The notes: generated from the letters alone by a model not told the origin. 64,000 bases of DNA from Caldisericota bacterium (GCA_029548865.1 JAKPMO010000004.1:160001-224000), one strand, 5' to 3'; positions 52,123 to 63,752 are shown, counted from the first letter of the stretch. Program-made: numbers and translations.

Positions 52123-53259
52123 ATGAAGAGACAATATTGGACTGATCCGGAACGGCTTGATTTTGAGGTCGACCTTATCCCAATAGGTGGGAATGAATTT
52201 ATTATGGAACCAGTTGTGTTCCATCCAGACGAGGGAGGGCAACCCCCAGATCGTGGAACTGTCGATGATGCAAACGTTCTGGATGTTCAGTTCAAAAATG
52301 GAAAGGTTTGCGTAAAACTGGACAAAGACCTCGCACCTGGAAAACACATGGCAAAAGTTGACTCCCATACAAGGTTAGAGAACAGCAGACAACACACCGC
52401 CCAGCACATAATCTCGGCAATTGCAGAGAGAGAATACAAGGCTCCCACCCATGGGTTCCATATTGGAGATGCCACATCAACTCTCGACCTGAAAAATCCA
52501 ATAAATCTCATTCAGGCCGAAGATATTGAGATGCAGGCAAACAGGATTGTCATGATGGACATCCAAGTCACAACGACTTTTGGTGCTCCAAGTGATGGAA
52601 CAAGGGTAAGGGAAGACCTGCTGGGTGAAAACAAGGACGATTTGAGGATTGTGAGCATAGGAGATATTGACACATCTGCCTGCTGTGGGACCCATTGCGT
52701 CTCAACCGGAAAGGTTGGCCCGATAAAAATCATCTCTATTGAAGGCCACAAAGGTGGCTCCAGAATAACCTATCTTGCCGGAGAGAGATGTATCGCCTAC
52801 CTACAGAAACAGGACAGAATAATCAGACAACTGAAAGAAATATCCACAACAGGTACTGAGGAATTGCCCCAGGCGTTCCAGAAATATATCGACCAGACCC
52901 AATCATTTCAAAAAGAATTAAACAGGCTCTGGGAAGTTCTGCTCCCAACCGAAGCCGAAAAAGCAGAAAAACATCAAACAAGATTTGGCGAGCTGGCTGT
53001 ACTGAAAACTGACACACCATCAAAGCTCCTGGGCAAGCTGTCTGCAATCATTGCCAACAATACGAAACTCCCGGTGGTTGTTCTTACCAGTTCCCAACCG
53101 CAGCAGATAAGCATTGTCTCACAAAATGGGAATGCAAAAGAGATAATTGCTGCAGTTATGGCAAGTTTTGATGGCAAGGGTGGAGGTTCTCCAAACTCGG
53201 CTTCCGGGCAAACAGGCAAGCTGGCTGATACAGATGGAATCATCAAATGTCTGTCTTAA
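52123..53259 (+). CDS. Alanyl-tRNA editing protein (AlaX-L type, DHHA1 domain)
   Basis: GGQPPDRG, QHTAQH, CCGTH, GKGGG. Confidence 0.88.
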   Translation: MKRQYWTDPERLDFEVDLIPIGGNEFIMEPVVFHPDEGGQPPDRGTVDDANVLDVQFKNGKVCVKLDKDLAPGKHMAKVDSHTRLENSRQHTAQHIISAIAEREYKAPTHGFHIGDATSTLDLKNPINLIQAEDIEMQANRIVMMDIQVTTTFGAPSDGTRVREDLLGENKDDLRIVSIGDIDTSACCGTHCVSTGKVGPIKIISIEGHKGGSRITYLAGERCIAYLQKQDRIIRQLKEISTTGTEELPQAFQKYIDQTQSFQKELNRLWEVLLPTEAEKAEKHQTRFGELAVLKTDTPSKLLGKLSAIIANNTKLPVVVLTSSQPQQISIVSQNGNAKEIIAAVMASFDGKGGGSPNSASGQTGKLADTDGIIKCLS

Positions 53260-53448
53260 TACCAAATTAAACTAGGAATATGGATAGTTTTGGCATTTGA
53301 TTTTTTTTGGCAATCAAAACCGTCCATCTTCACCAGAGGGCTTCGAAAATTCTAATTATTTCTTTGATAGGCATCACCTCTATCAAAAAGTACCAGTAAA
53401 ACTCTCTGATGAAAACGGTTGGGGCAGATCTAGGAGCTATAAAACCAG

Positions 53449-53760
53449 TTAGCCTTTTGAACTCCTGGAATTGAAGCCGTAGCTTCTTTCTTCCTGTATG
53501 GTCCCATCAAGCTTGTGCACTCTCAAGGAGCCACCACCATGGTTTTTTATATAATCGGAGGCTTTTTTCAAAAGATCGTCTTTTGTCGACGCATGCATCA
53601 TAACTTTTTCTGTATCAACCTTTTTAACAATCCATTTCTTTTCTTTGTCCGGAACGAGATGGTACTGAGTATGTTTTACACTCGCATTGTGTGCCACTTG
53701 TAAAGCTGGCTTTGTAGAAGTTTTTGTTTTCCTTTTTAAAACTCTGCTTTTCTGGACCAT
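53449..53760 (-). CDS. DUF2188 domain protein
   Basis: YHLVP...WIVK...STK...LRVHKLDGTIQEERSYG; AAGGAGG SD. Confidence 0.8.
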   Translation of the reverse strand: MVQKSRVLKRKTKTSTKPALQVAHNASVKHTQYHLVPDKEKKWIVKKVDTEKVMMHASTKDDLLKKASDYIKNHGGGSLRVHKLDGTIQEERSYGFNSRSSKG

Positions 53761-54058
53761 TACCCCCTCCTTTGGAGTGATATGCTAGATTGTACACATC
53801 TGACAGGGACAAGTTGTTACCGAAAAATCACTTATTGATTCACGCCAAATCTTTTGCTAGACTCTGTCCGTGTTTTGAATAAAACTGCAAAAACCACTCT
53901 TTCTTGTATTTTTGTGATAAATCATACAAAAAGATCATTGATATGCCAGTATTTTAATTGTGACAATTTTATGGTGCATGGCCACAAGAAACAATCTGCT
54001 ATTAATACTATTTGTATCCAGAAATTTTATTACAATGTTGACAAGGAGAGGTGCCCAA

Positions 54059-54502
54059 ATGGAAGAGTCTTTTTTGAAACTAATTGACCCAAATGATGTA
54101 CCAGACACCAACAAAATTGAAAAATTCTTAGGCAAAACATTTGTTTTCTGGAAACAGATATCAGACCTGATTGATCAAAAATACCCTGGTATTTTCACCC
54201 CTGAATGGTTATATGCTGGCAAAAAACACGGTTGGTCACTTCGATACAAAAAGAATAAATCATTCTGCACGATGATTCCAGGAAAAGATCGACTAGCCAT
54301 TCAGATCGTATTTGGCAAAGATGAGCGTTCCAAGGTTGAAGAAATAAAAGAAAATTTGTCCAGCAGAACAAAAAATGCCTACGAGAGCGCAACAACATAC
54401 CACGATGGGAAGTGGCTCTTGCTGAATGTCGATGGCGAAGATGTCATCCATGACATAGAGGTTCTTCTTGCCACAAAAAGGAAACCGAAGAATTCGAAAT
54501 GA
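54059..54502 (+). CDS. DUF3788 domain protein
   Basis: KHGWSLRYKKNKSFCT..P, YHDGKWL; AAGGAG SD before ATG 54059. Confidence 0.8.
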   Translation: MEESFLKLIDPNDVPDTNKIEKFLGKTFVFWKQISDLIDQKYPGIFTPEWLYAGKKHGWSLRYKKNKSFCTMIPGKDRLAIQIVFGKDERSKVEEIKENLSSRTKNAYESATTYHDGKWLLLNVDGEDVIHDIEVLLATKRKPKNSK

Positions 54503-54652
54503 AATGCTTGTGTTTGTTTCAATGGCTGGCAAAATGCAACACGAAAAGTCGCTGGCCAATTATTAATGTATTTTTCTTACAAAAAAATGGGGTTATCTTT
54601 TTGGGGAATAAATATTGTGACCGATGAGCAATTGAGGAACTCCTACTAGTAC

Positions 54653-54727
54653 TGGCTCCCCGACGAGGATTCGAACCTCGAACCTACTGGTTAACAGCCA
54701 GCCGCTCTGCCGTTGAGCTATCGGGGA
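54653..54727 (-). tRNA. tRNA-Asn (GTT), CCA encoded
   Basis: TCCCCGA/TCGGGGA acceptor, CTGG-CTGTTAA-CCAG, GTTCGAAT, 3' GCCA. Confidence 0.96.
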
Positions 54728-54739
54728 GTAGCGTAGGGC

Positions 54740-54767
54740 ATTATATCCACCGAGGGCACCATGTCAA
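54740..54767 (-). promoter_or_regulatory. sigma70-type promoter TTGACA-16-TATAAT
   Basis: Perfect hexamers upstream of tRNA-Asn. Confidence 0.75.
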
Positions 54768-54837
54768 GAATGAAAGGTTATAAAACAATTATTGGCATGA
54801 ACGCGAGCCTCTGGCAGCTTTATTTCGACCCTCAGGT

Positions 54838-55551
54838 TCAGCTTCCTCCTGGATCGAAACAGTATCCTACTTTGTGGATTGTCCTTATCATTGAGGATGA
54901 AAACGACTTGTCTTCAATCTTTTTTCTGAGCTTGTTCACATGAACATCGACTGTCCTGCAATCCACGAGAGACTGTTTTTTCCAAATCTTGGTAAAAAGC
55001 TCTTCGCGTGTGAAAACCCTTCCAGGGTTACTCATCAGGAGCCACAACAGTTCGAACTCCTTGACGGTTAGATGTATGCGTCTGTTGCCTTTGAGGACAG
55101 AGTGTGCCTTTGAATCAACAACCATGTCATCAAAAACGATTTCTTCTTTTGATTTTGCTGGGGCAGAAAGATAGTGACAGCGTCTAATAAGACCCCTTAT
55201 TCTGGCAACCAATTCGTTAAGGGAAAAAGGTTTGGTCAAATAATCATCGGCACCCGATGAAATGCCAAGGACTTTGTCTACTTCAGAGCTTTTTGCTGTG
55301 AGCATAAGGACAGGGGTATTTGAACGCTTCCTGACCTGCCTGCATATTTCAATACCATCCATGTCTTGAAGCATCAGGTCGAGTATGAGAACGTCAGGTT
55401 CATTCTGGCTGAATTTAAAAAGACCATCTTGCCCTGTTTCTGAATGGAGGACTTCAAATCCTTCGGATTTAAGTCTCAGTTCTACAAGTCGGGCAATCTC
55501 CCTGTCATCCTCGATAATTAATATCCGATTATGTAACTTTCTGTCCGTCAC
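54838..55551 (-). CDS. OmpR/PhoB-family response regulator (no adjacent kinase)
   Basis: IIEDD, LDLML, LTAK, GADDYLTKPF, RTVDVHV..LRKK, GY. Confidence 0.93.
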   Translation of the reverse strand: MTDRKLHNRILIIEDDREIARLVELRLKSEGFEVLHSETGQDGLFKFSQNEPDVLILDLMLQDMDGIEICRQVRKRSNTPVLMLTAKSSEVDKVLGISSGADDYLTKPFSLNELVARIRGLIRRCHYLSAPAKSKEEIVFDDMVVDSKAHSVLKGNRRIHLTVKEFELLWLLMSNPGRVFTREELFTKIWKKQSLVDCRTVDVHVNKLRKKIEDKSFSSSMIRTIHKVGYCFDPGGS

Positions 55552-55558
55552 ATGTATA

Positions 55559-55586
55559 AATTTATGTTACAATAATAAGATGTCAA
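55559..55586 (-). promoter_or_regulatory. sigma70-type promoter TTGACA-16-TAAATT
   Basis: -10 box ends 7 nt before GTG 55551; no SD. Confidence 0.6.
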
Positions 55587-55790
55587 GTGACCGTCGATAT
55601 TTCTTTGTTTCTGCAAGATTTTAATAAATATGACTACTTAGATACCTGGCAAAGCATATAATCACTCTGCCATTTTTAGGCCAAGCATGAACAATCCAAT
55701 ATTTGGCCTACCTTGACAAAATGACTGTAGAAAATTGATCAAGATTTTGTGAGAGCCGCACCACACCTATAACCTCACAGGACAGGATAA

Positions 55791-57047
55791 ATGGTAGAAA
55801 ACATGGAAGATAAGAAAAACAAAAGGGCCATTACCAAAATAGTGGATTTTTTTGGTCTTAAAAAAAGCATTGTTGGGATGCTTTCGATGGTTGTTCTGGT
55901 TGGGGTCGGCGAGCACATGGCAGAGAAATTCCTGCCGCTCTACATGGTTTTTCTTGGTGGTGGTTTCATTTCAGTTGGTGTTCTCAACTTCATGGACAAT
56001 TTTCTTGGGGCCATCTATTCATTTCCAGGCGGCTATCTTGCGGACAGAATGGGCACAAAGAAATCCCTCCTTGTTTTCAATCTCATTGCAATAGCTGGAT
56101 ATTCGCTTGTGATAATTTTTCCTTACTGGCCGGTAGTTCTGATTGCGGCAACGCTTTTTCTTTCATGGACAGCCATATCGCTTCCAGCCACAATGGGCCT
56201 GGTCTCAAAGGCACTGCCAAAAAACAAAAGAACGATGGGTGTGTCGTTACATTCGCTCGTCAGAAGATTGCCAATGATATTTGGCCCAATGCTTGGCGGG
56301 TTGCTGATAAAAATATATGGCACGGAGCTTGGTGTAAGATACTCATTCACAGTGGCGCTAATACTTGCGCTGGTTGCCGCTGTGCTACAGCAAATCCTGA
56401 TCGAAGAGGACAACGGCAAAAAGAAAGAAGAAATGACTTCTTCGGGTCTCAGGTATTTGTACAAGCTGATGAGCCCAGAATTGAAGAAACTGCTTGTTTC
56501 AGATATTTTGATCAGGATTTGCGAACAGATACCACAAGCTTTTGTTGTTCTGTATGTTGTTGGGGCTGCCGGGAAAGTTGGCATAACCGATTCGCTTGGG
56601 TTTGGTTTTTTGACTGCAATCGAAATGGTAACAGCAATCCTTATCTACATTCCTGTCGCCTACTTTGCTGACAAAACCAGAAAGAAACCATTTGTTGTGG
56701 CAACCTTTGCTTTCTTCACTCTGTTCCCGGTCATTCTCCTTGGCTCAAAATCTTTCCCGATGCTCGTTGCTGCATTTATAATCAAGGGACTCAAGGAATT
56801 TGGCGAACCAACTAGGAAGGCGCTTATAATGGATTTGGCACCGGAGAATCACAAAGCAGGGATGTTTGGTCTCTATTACCTTATAAGAGACTTGATCGTG
56901 TCTGTCTTCGCGTTTCTAGGCGGAATACTGTGGATGATAAATCCGACTCTTAATCTCATAACAGCAGCATCTTTCGGGGTTCTCGGCACACTCTGGTTTG
57001 CTTTCTATGGGTCTGACCTGCCCTCTGCGCAAACTGGTATCCCCTGA
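55791..57047 (+). CDS. MFS transporter
   Basis: About 12 TM segments, GGYLADRMGTK motif A. Confidence 0.9.
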   Translation: MVENMEDKKNKRAITKIVDFFGLKKSIVGMLSMVVLVGVGEHMAEKFLPLYMVFLGGGFISVGVLNFMDNFLGAIYSFPGGYLADRMGTKKSLLVFNLIAIAGYSLVIIFPYWPVVLIAATLFLSWTAISLPATMGLVSKALPKNKRTMGVSLHSLVRRLPMIFGPMLGGLLIKIYGTELGVRYSFTVALILALVAAVLQQILIEEDNGKKKEEMTSSGLRYLYKLMSPELKKLLVSDILIRICEQIPQAFVVLYVVGAAGKVGITDSLGFGFLTAIEMVTAILIYIPVAYFADKTRKKPFVVATFAFFTLFPVILLGSKSFPMLVAAFIIKGLKEFGEPTRKALIMDLAPENHKAGMFGLYYLIRDLIVSVFAFLGGILWMINPTLNLITAASFGVLGTLWFAFYGSDLPSAQTGIP

Positions 57048-57165
57048 AGCCAAATAATCTTGCAATCACAATGTTTCTTTTCACAAAATCATTTTGGTTT
57101 TGCTTGACTTTATCCCCCGTGACGTGATAATTATTTATTCAAGGTCACGAAAGGAGGCACACAAT

Positions 57166-57693
57166 ATGCGTATACAGGTAACCGGTAGAAACGTAACGGT
57201 AGGCGATGAGCTCAGTTCGTACGCGCAGGAGAAGATTGGAAAACTCGAGAGGTATTTCGATGGCATTCAGGACGCCCAGGTTCTTTTCACCGAACAAAAA
57301 ACAGTCAAAATTTGTGAGGTGACGATGAAAGCGTCCGGCAAAATCATCCGTGCCGAGTACAGAGGCTCAGAGTTTTTGGAAGCGGTAGACTTCGTGGCCG
57401 AGAAGCTTGAAAGGCAAATCCGCCGTTACAAAGAGAAGTTCCAGGAGAGGAGAAAAGAAGGCTCAAAAGATGTAGAACCAGTTTTTGTGAAACAGGAGCA
57501 GGCGTCACAGTCGAAGATTGTAAGGGTAAAAGAAGTGCCGGTAAAACAGATGAACTTCGAAGAAGCAATAATGCAGATGGAATTGCTGTCACACGACTTC
57601 TTCGTGTTCTACAATCCTGATTCCAAGAGGTTGAACATCCTTTACAGAAGGAAAGACGGCGATTTGGGAATCCTTGAGCCGATTGAAGCTTGA
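57166..57693 (+). CDS. hpf: Long ribosome hibernation promoting factor
   Basis: IQVTGRNV, KLERQIRRYKEK, EEAIMQMELLSHDFFVF, YRRKDG; AAGGAGG SD. Confidence 0.94.
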   Translation: MRIQVTGRNVTVGDELSSYAQEKIGKLERYFDGIQDAQVLFTEQKTVKICEVTMKASGKIIRAEYRGSEFLEAVDFVAEKLERQIRRYKEKFQERRKEGSKDVEPVFVKQEQASQSKIVRVKEVPVKQMNFEEAIMQMELLSHDFFVFYNPDSKRLNILYRRKDGDLGILEPIEA

Positions 57694-58169
57694 TGAAGTT
57701 AAGAGAGCTTGTTAAGAAACTAAATTTTTGGGATAGCATAATAGTTGGTTTTGTAGTGCTGACAGTGGGTCTGTTTGGATACAGCGTTTATGTGAAAGCG
57801 GTCCAGCCACCAGCAAAAACAATCGAAATCAAAGTAAAGGCTGGCAACCTCTACCAGGAGGTTGCCTACTCCATCTCTGCCGGAGACTTCATTGTGGACA
57901 GGGATGGAAGGCCTTTCTTCAAAATCAGCCAGATTGACGAGCTGAGGAATGCAAAACAGGCTGTGGTCAAATGGGATGGGCAGATGATTTCTGCTGACAA
58001 TCCCGAACTTTACTCTGTCGAATTCACCGCCCAGTCTGTAAACCCTAAATTCAAGGGAAGCAATTTATTTTACAACTGGGAACTAGTCAAGCCCGGAAGG
58101 ACTATGTATATGGAGACGGAGAAAACCGGGTTTATGGCGGTAATCATCTCAGTTGGTGAGGAAAAATAG
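57693..58169 (+). CDS. Membrane-anchored hypothetical protein (DUF4330-like)
   Basis: KLNFWD followed by a single TM helix and a beta-rich domain. Confidence 0.5.
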   Translation: MKLRELVKKLNFWDSIIVGFVVLTVGLFGYSVYVKAVQPPAKTIEIKVKAGNLYQEVAYSISAGDFIVDRDGRPFFKISQIDELRNAKQAVVKWDGQMISADNPELYSVEFTAQSVNPKFKGSNLFYNWELVKPGRTMYMETEKTGFMAVIISVGEEK

Positions 58170-58172
58170 TAA

Positions 58173-60752
58173 ATGAGCATACTGTCGAAGTTATTCGACT
58201 CGTCCGAAAAGTTCCTCGGGCGGGCAAGACCACTTGTGTCACGAATCAGCGCACTGGAACCAGAATATGAAAAACTTTCCGACGAGGAAATAAGGGCAAG
58301 AATAAGCGAAATAAGGCAACAGGTCGCAAACGGCCAGAGGCTTGATGATGTACTTATTCCAACCTTCGCATTCGTAAGGGAAGCCGCAAAAAGGACCCTC
58401 AGCCAAAGACCATTTGACACACAAATGATCGGTGGAATGGTCCTCCACTCGGGAAGAATAGCCGAAATGAAAACCGGTGAGGGAAAAACCCTTACCGCAA
58501 CCTTTGCCGCAACACTTAATGCCCTGGAAGGCAAAGGGGTCCATGTTGTTACCGTAAACGACTACCTTGCAAAACGTGACAGGGAATGGATGGGCAAGGT
58601 ATACGAATTCCTGGGGCTAACCGTAGGCTGCATCTACCACGACGCGTCATACGACGAACGCAGGAAATCTTATAGAAGCGACATCACCTATGGGACCAAC
58701 AACGAGTTTGGTTTTGACTACCTCAGGGACAACATGGCAAGGCATGTTTCCCAGCTTGTCCAAAGGGAACTCCATTACGCCATCGTCGATGAAGTCGACA
58801 GCATTCTCGTCGATGAGGCAAGGACACCGCTCATTATTTCAGGGCCTTCTGAAGAATCCACCGACCTTTACGAGAAAGCCGACAAGGTCGTCAGACAGCT
58901 CAGGGAAGAAGACTACAACATCAACGAAAAGGACAAAAACGTCACCCTGACCGAGGCTGGTGTTGAAAGGGCCGAACATATATTGAACGTAAGCAACCTT
59001 TATGGTCCAGAGAATGTTGAAGTCAACAGGCACATCAGTCAATCATTAAAGGCGCACCATCTCTTCAAGAATGAAGTCGATTACATCGTAAAAGATGGTG
59101 AAGTAATAATCGTCGACGAGTTCACCGGAAGGTTGATGTTCGGCAGAAGATACAGCGATGGCCTCCATCAGGCCATAGAAGCAAAGGAAGGTCTGAAAGT
59201 GAGGGAAGAAAATCAAACCCTTGCCACAATAACCTTCCAGAATTACTTCAGGCTGTTTGATAAACTGGCCGGCATGACAGGAACCGCAAAAACCGAGGAA
59301 GATGAACTAAGGGAAATCTATGGGCTCGAAGTTGTTGTTGTACCAACCAATAAACCCATGATAAGAAAAGACCTCCCGGACATCATCTGGAAAACAGAGG
59401 ACGGAAAATACAAGCACATCATTGACGAGATAGTGGATTGCTACAAAAGGGGCCAGCCGGTCCTTGTCGGAACAAGGTCAATCGAGAAATCCGAGAAGCT
59501 CTCGTCAATGCTCCACAAGAAAATGATCCCCCATGAAGTGTTGAATGCGAAATACCACGAGAAAGAAGCTGCGATAATTGCCAAGGCAGGCCAGATGAAC
59601 GCCGTGACCATAGCCACCAACATGGCCGGTCGTGGCGTCGACATAGCGCTTGGCCCTGGAGTGGTTGAACTCGGCGGCTTGCATATTCTGGGAACTGAAC
59701 GCCACGAATCAAGACGTATTGACAACCAGCTCAGGGGAAGGTCGGGCAGGCAGGGTGATCCGGGTTCATCAAGGTTCCACCTTTGCCTTGATGACGAGCT
59801 CCTTAGAATCTTTGGCGGTGAAAGACTCAAATCGATGTTCAACTTCCTCAAGATAGAGGAAGACATGCCTCTTGAGCACCCACTTCTCACAAAAACAATA
59901 GAGAATGCCCAGCGCAAAGTTGAAACCCACAACTTTGACATAAGAAAATACGTTTTGGAATATGACAACGTACTCAACAAGCAAAGAGAGATAATATATG
60001 CGGAACGCCAGAAGGTACTGCACGGTGAAGACCTCATAGAAACCGTGCTTGCAAACCTTGACAGGGCCTGTGAGGACATGGTCGCAAACCATGCCTCCAC
60101 AGAGCTTGCCGTGCAGGACTGGGACATCAAGACACTCCACTCAGAACTCATGGACCTGACTGCCGGTGTGGTCAGGGATGTTGAGTTCAAAGACAGGCAA
60201 GAGCTCCTTGAGAACCTGAAAGAGTCTGTCAAGACCGCCTACAATGACAGGGAAACCAGGTTTGGTCATGAAACAATGCGCGAAATCGAGAGATTCGTGC
60301 TGCTCTATGTGGTTGACCAGAAGTGGAAAGACCATCTCTACAATATGGACATCCTCAGGGAAGGAATCGGATTGAGGAGCTACGCGCAGAAAAATCCGGT
60401 CCAGGAATACCAGAATGAGGCATTCCTGATGTTCCAGAGGATGCTCAACTCGATTTGGGAAGACACAATCAAGTATCTGTTCAGGGTAGAGCTCCAGGCC
60501 GACTCAAACCAGCAACAGAAGCAAACAAGAACACGAACCAATGAAGATGATATAAAAACCGCTCCAGCAAAATCATCCAGAGGCGATGAGCCAGAGAGAC
60601 AAGGCGAGACATCAAGAACAATGAGACCTTCGTCTGGCGGTCATACTGCCAATGAGCCAATAAGAAGGCATGGTGACAAAGTCGGCAGAAATGATCCGTG
60701 CCCCTGTGGTTCAGGAAAAAAATACAAACACTGCTGCGGTGCAGGACAATAG
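58173..60752 (+). CDS. secA: Preprotein translocase SecA
   Basis: [45 protein letters not shown]. Confidence 0.98.
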   Translation: MSILSKLFDSSEKFLGRARPLVSRISALEPEYEKLSDEEIRARISEIRQQVANGQRLDDVLIPTFAFVREAAKRTLSQRPFDTQMIGGMVLHSGRIAEMKTGEGKTLTATFAATLNALEGKGVHVVTVNDYLAKRDREWMGKVYEFLGLTVGCIYHDASYDERRKSYRSDITYGTNNEFGFDYLRDNMARHVSQLVQRELHYAIVDEVDSILVDEARTPLIISGPSEESTDLYEKADKVVRQLREEDYNINEKDKNVTLTEAGVERAEHILNVSNLYGPENVEVNRHISQSLKAHHLFKNEVDYIVKDGEVIIVDEFTGRLMFGRRYSDGLHQAIEAKEGLKVREENQTLATITFQNYFRLFDKLAGMTGTAKTEEDELREIYGLEVVVVPTNKPMIRKDLPDIIWKTEDGKYKHIIDEIVDCYKRGQPVLVGTRSIEKSEKLSSMLHKKMIPHEVLNAKYHEKEAAIIAKAGQMNAVTIATNMAGRGVDIALGPGVVELGGLHILGTERHESRRIDNQLRGRSGRQGDPGSSRFHLCLDDELLRIFGGERLKSMFNFLKIEEDMPLEHPLLTKTIENAQRKVETHNFDIRKYVLEYDNVLNKQREIIYAERQKVLHGEDLIETVLANLDRACEDMVANHASTELAVQDWDIKTLHSELMDLTAGVVRDVEFKDRQELLENLKESVKTAYNDRETRFGHETMREIERFVLLYVVDQKWKDHLYNMDILREGIGLRSYAQKNPVQEYQNEAFLMFQRMLNSIWEDTIKYLFRVELQADSNQQQKQTRTRTNEDDIKTAPAKSSRGDEPERQGETSRTMRPSSGGHTANEPIRRHGDKVGRNDPCPCGSGKKYKHCCGAGQ

Positions 60753-60773
60753 CAGACAGGCAAGGAAACAAGA

Positions 60774-61869
60774 ATGTTGATAGACGAAATACAGAGGTCC
60801 ATAGATCAGGTAAAAGAACGGCTCAACCAGGCCAAGGAGTTTCTTTGACCCGCTAAAGGCTGAACGGGAAAAACTTTCAAAACAGCTGGAGTCTCCAGAG
60901 GTCTGGAATGACCAGCAAAAAATTGCCGAGACCAACAAAAAAATTGCCATATTCGATATCAAACTCAATGACCTGGAACAGGCCGAACATTTCATTGGCG
61001 AAGCCGAAGTTTACATGGAGTTTGTCCAGATGGGCGAGGGCTCAGAGAAAGAGCTTCTTGGCGCAATAAAACAGGCCGAGGCAAAGATACAGGAAATAGA
61101 GCTCAAAAACCTCCTCTCCATGGAGCATGACCAGCTCAATGCCTTTGTTTCATTCAGCTCCGGTGCAGGCGGAGTCGACGCCCAGGACTGGACTGAAATG
61201 CTCATGAGGATGTACACAAGGTGGGCAACCAACAAGGGTTTCAAGGTTACTGTTGCTGAATACAGCCCTGGCGATGAGGCTGGTGTCAAATCAGCAACCC
61301 TCCACATCGAGGGCCCGTATGCCTTTGGTTTCCTCAAGAGCGAAAAGGGTGTCCACAGACTGGTCAGGATTTCCCCGTTTGACGCTAACCACAGAAGGCA
61401 CACCTCATTTTCACTCGTTGAGGTGCTCCCGGAGCTCCCGCCTGCAGAAGATATTGAAATAAACCCCGATGATTTGAGGATTGACACGTTCAATGCTTCA
61501 GGCCACGGTGGTCAAAACGTCCAGAAGAACGATACTGCTGTCAGGATAACGCATATACCAACCGGCCTTGTGGTGGCATGCCAGAATGAACGTTCACAGG
61601 GTCTCAACAGGGCCATGGCCATGAAAATCCTCTCATCAAGATTACAGGACCTGGCAAATGTCCAGCTTGCAGAGGAAGAGAAAAAACTCAGGGGGCCAAG
61701 GGTCTCAATTGAGTGGGGCAACCAGATACGCTCCTATGTTCTTCAGCCTTACACTCTCGTAAAAGACAACAGGACAGGCTATGAGGTAGGAAGTGTCGAC
61801 AGAGTTCTTGAGGGTGACCTGGATGAACTTATCTGGGCCTACCTGAAATGGGCGGTAAAAAACAAATGA
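60774..61869 (+). CDS. prfB: Peptide chain release factor 2, programmed +1 frameshift at 60843-60849
   Basis: 24-codon ORF ending AGGAG-TTT-CTT-TGA-C; +1 frame continues into the ORF with SPF and GGQ motifs. Confidence 0.96.
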
Positions 61870-63728
61870 CCAAAAGGAGCTTTATTGTCGGAACAGCAGG
61901 ACACGTTGACCACGGGAAATCAACCCTTGTCACAAGACTGACCGGTACTGATCCCGACAGGCTCCCTGAAGAAAAAGCCAGACAGATGACGATCGAGCTT
62001 GGTTTTGCAAAGCTTGACCTCCCCTCCGGAAGGATGTGTGGAATCGTTGATGTGCCAGGCCACGAGAAACTGGTCAAACAGATGCTCATGGGCGCACAAG
62101 GGTTTGACCTGGTAATGTTCACTGTTGCATGTGATGAAGGACCAAAACGCCAGACCTATGAACATCTATCAATCCTGGATATGATTGGGATCCGGGTTGG
62201 TGTCATTGTGCTGACAAAATGTGATTTGCCCCACGACGATGCAGTTTTGCAATCACAACTCGATTCAATGCTTACAAACACCTCTCTCGAGGCAATGCCA
62301 AGAATAAAGGTTTCAGCCTACACTGGGGAAGGGATCGACGAACTCAGGCAAACTATCGATGATCTGCTTGACCATGCTATCCCAAGACCTCTTAATATGC
62401 CAGCGTTCTATCCAGTTGATAGAGTATTTACAGTCAAGGGATTTGGAATAGTGACCACCGGCACCCTCTGGCAGGGCCAGGTGAAAAAGGGTGAAGAGCT
62501 GGAGATATTCCCTTCAAGGAAAAAAGGCAAATTGAGAGGGATAGAGAGTTTTGATGCCCAGATTGAAACTGGTGATGCTGGTTCAAGGCTTGCCCTCAAT
62601 TTTCAAAACCTCGATAAGGAAGACATTTCAAGGGGAAACATTCTTGCCACCCCTGGGAGATTTGACCCGACAACAGAATTTGATGCAAAAATTCGCCTCA
62701 TTGAAAAAGTGAAAAGGCGTACAAGGCTAAAGTTCCATTATGCAACTATCGAGCAGGAAGTTGATTACAGCGATATAGGAGGTGGTTTTGCAAGAATAAA
62801 ATTGGAAGGGCCGCTCCCCCTCACAAAGGGTTCCAGATTTATCCTGAGGTCGATTGCCCCGGCAGATACGGTTGGCGGTGGTGAAGTGGTAGACCTCCAC
62901 CCAGAGGGTAAGCTCAATGCCCCGGAAACGCTCCAGAGACTTGAAAATATCGGCCAGATTGATGATGAAAGCTATCTTTCAACGATGGTTTTTGAGCGTA
63001 GGAAATCAGGTTTTGAAGTGTCCAGGCTCAGAGGGCTTGTAAACTGGCCAGATGACAGATTTGCATTGTTTCTCAAAAATGGCCCCCATAAGACAATATC
63101 CGGCAATCTCTATGACAACAATGTTTTTGATTCATCATCAGCAAAATTGAGCAAATTGCTGACAGATTTCTTCAAATCGAACCCGTCCAGGAATTCCATT
63201 TCAAAAAGCGAGGCAAAAGCCAAGCTGATGCCGGAGATAAACGAGAATCTTTTTTCAGAAATCCTTTTGACTGCCATAAAAGAGCCATTGCACATGATTG
63301 GTCAGGATATATCCCTTTCAAATCAGACCATACAAAAATCACAAACCGAGGTTGGAATAGAAAGAGAACTCCTGAGAGAGATGTTCTCCCCTCCAACTCT
63401 CTCGGAGCTCAGAAAAATACCTGCTTTTTCCAGAAACCTGCGTGAAACCGAAGCAGCAATTTCAAAAATGATCGCGGAGAAAATAATAATCAAATCTGTA
63501 GATGATCTTTTCTTTCACAAAAAAGCTGTGGTAAAGGCTTATCTAATAATGAAAGCACTCATAGAAAAAGATGGTTCAGCCAAACTCGCACAGTACAGGG
63601 ACGAAGTAGGTACAACTAGAAAGTATGCCCAGGCAATGCTGGAGCTACTTGATGCCCTTGGCTTAACAAGAAGAGTAGGTGAAACCAGAGTGCTCGGTTA
63701 TAAGACTCTTGACATTGGTGGTAAATAG
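61866..63728 (+). CDS. selB: Selenocysteine-specific elongation factor
   Basis: GTAGHVDHGKS, DRLPEEK, DVPGHE, C-terminal winged helix TRKYA...LD; adjacent to tRNA-Sec. Confidence 0.95.
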   Translation: MTKRSFIVGTAGHVDHGKSTLVTRLTGTDPDRLPEEKARQMTIELGFAKLDLPSGRMCGIVDVPGHEKLVKQMLMGAQGFDLVMFTVACDEGPKRQTYEHLSILDMIGIRVGVIVLTKCDLPHDDAVLQSQLDSMLTNTSLEAMPRIKVSAYTGEGIDELRQTIDDLLDHAIPRPLNMPAFYPVDRVFTVKGFGIVTTGTLWQGQVKKGEELEIFPSRKKGKLRGIESFDAQIETGDAGSRLALNFQNLDKEDISRGNILATPGRFDPTTEFDAKIRLIEKVKRRTRLKFHYATIEQEVDYSDIGGGFARIKLEGPLPLTKGSRFILRSIAPADTVGGGEVVDLHPEGKLNAPETLQRLENIGQIDDESYLSTMVFERRKSGFEVSRLRGLVNWPDDRFALFLKNGPHKTISGNLYDNNVFDSSSAKLSKLLTDFFKSNPSRNSISKSEAKAKLMPEINENLFSEILLTAIKEPLHMIGQDISLSNQTIQKSQTEVGIERELLREMFSPPTLSELRKIPAFSRNLRETEAAISKMIAEKIIIKSVDDLFFHKKAVVKAYLIMKALIEKDGSAKLAQYRDEVGTTRKYAQAMLELLDALGLTRRVGETRVLGYKTLDIGGK

Positions 63729-63752
63729 TATTAGTGTCTCCCTTCTGATCGC

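Noticed and set aside
53318..53420. Hammerhead ribozyme (CTGATGA and CGAAA both present)
   Set aside because: Stem II cannot form between the bases after CUGAUGA and before GAAA; no proper stem III/UH
50031..60232. Long antisense ORFs (e.g. 50031..50873, 59441..60232; also 3724..4473, 43896..44732)
   Set aside because: Shadow frames of well-conserved genes (rho, secA, comM, pheS) with no motifs of their own
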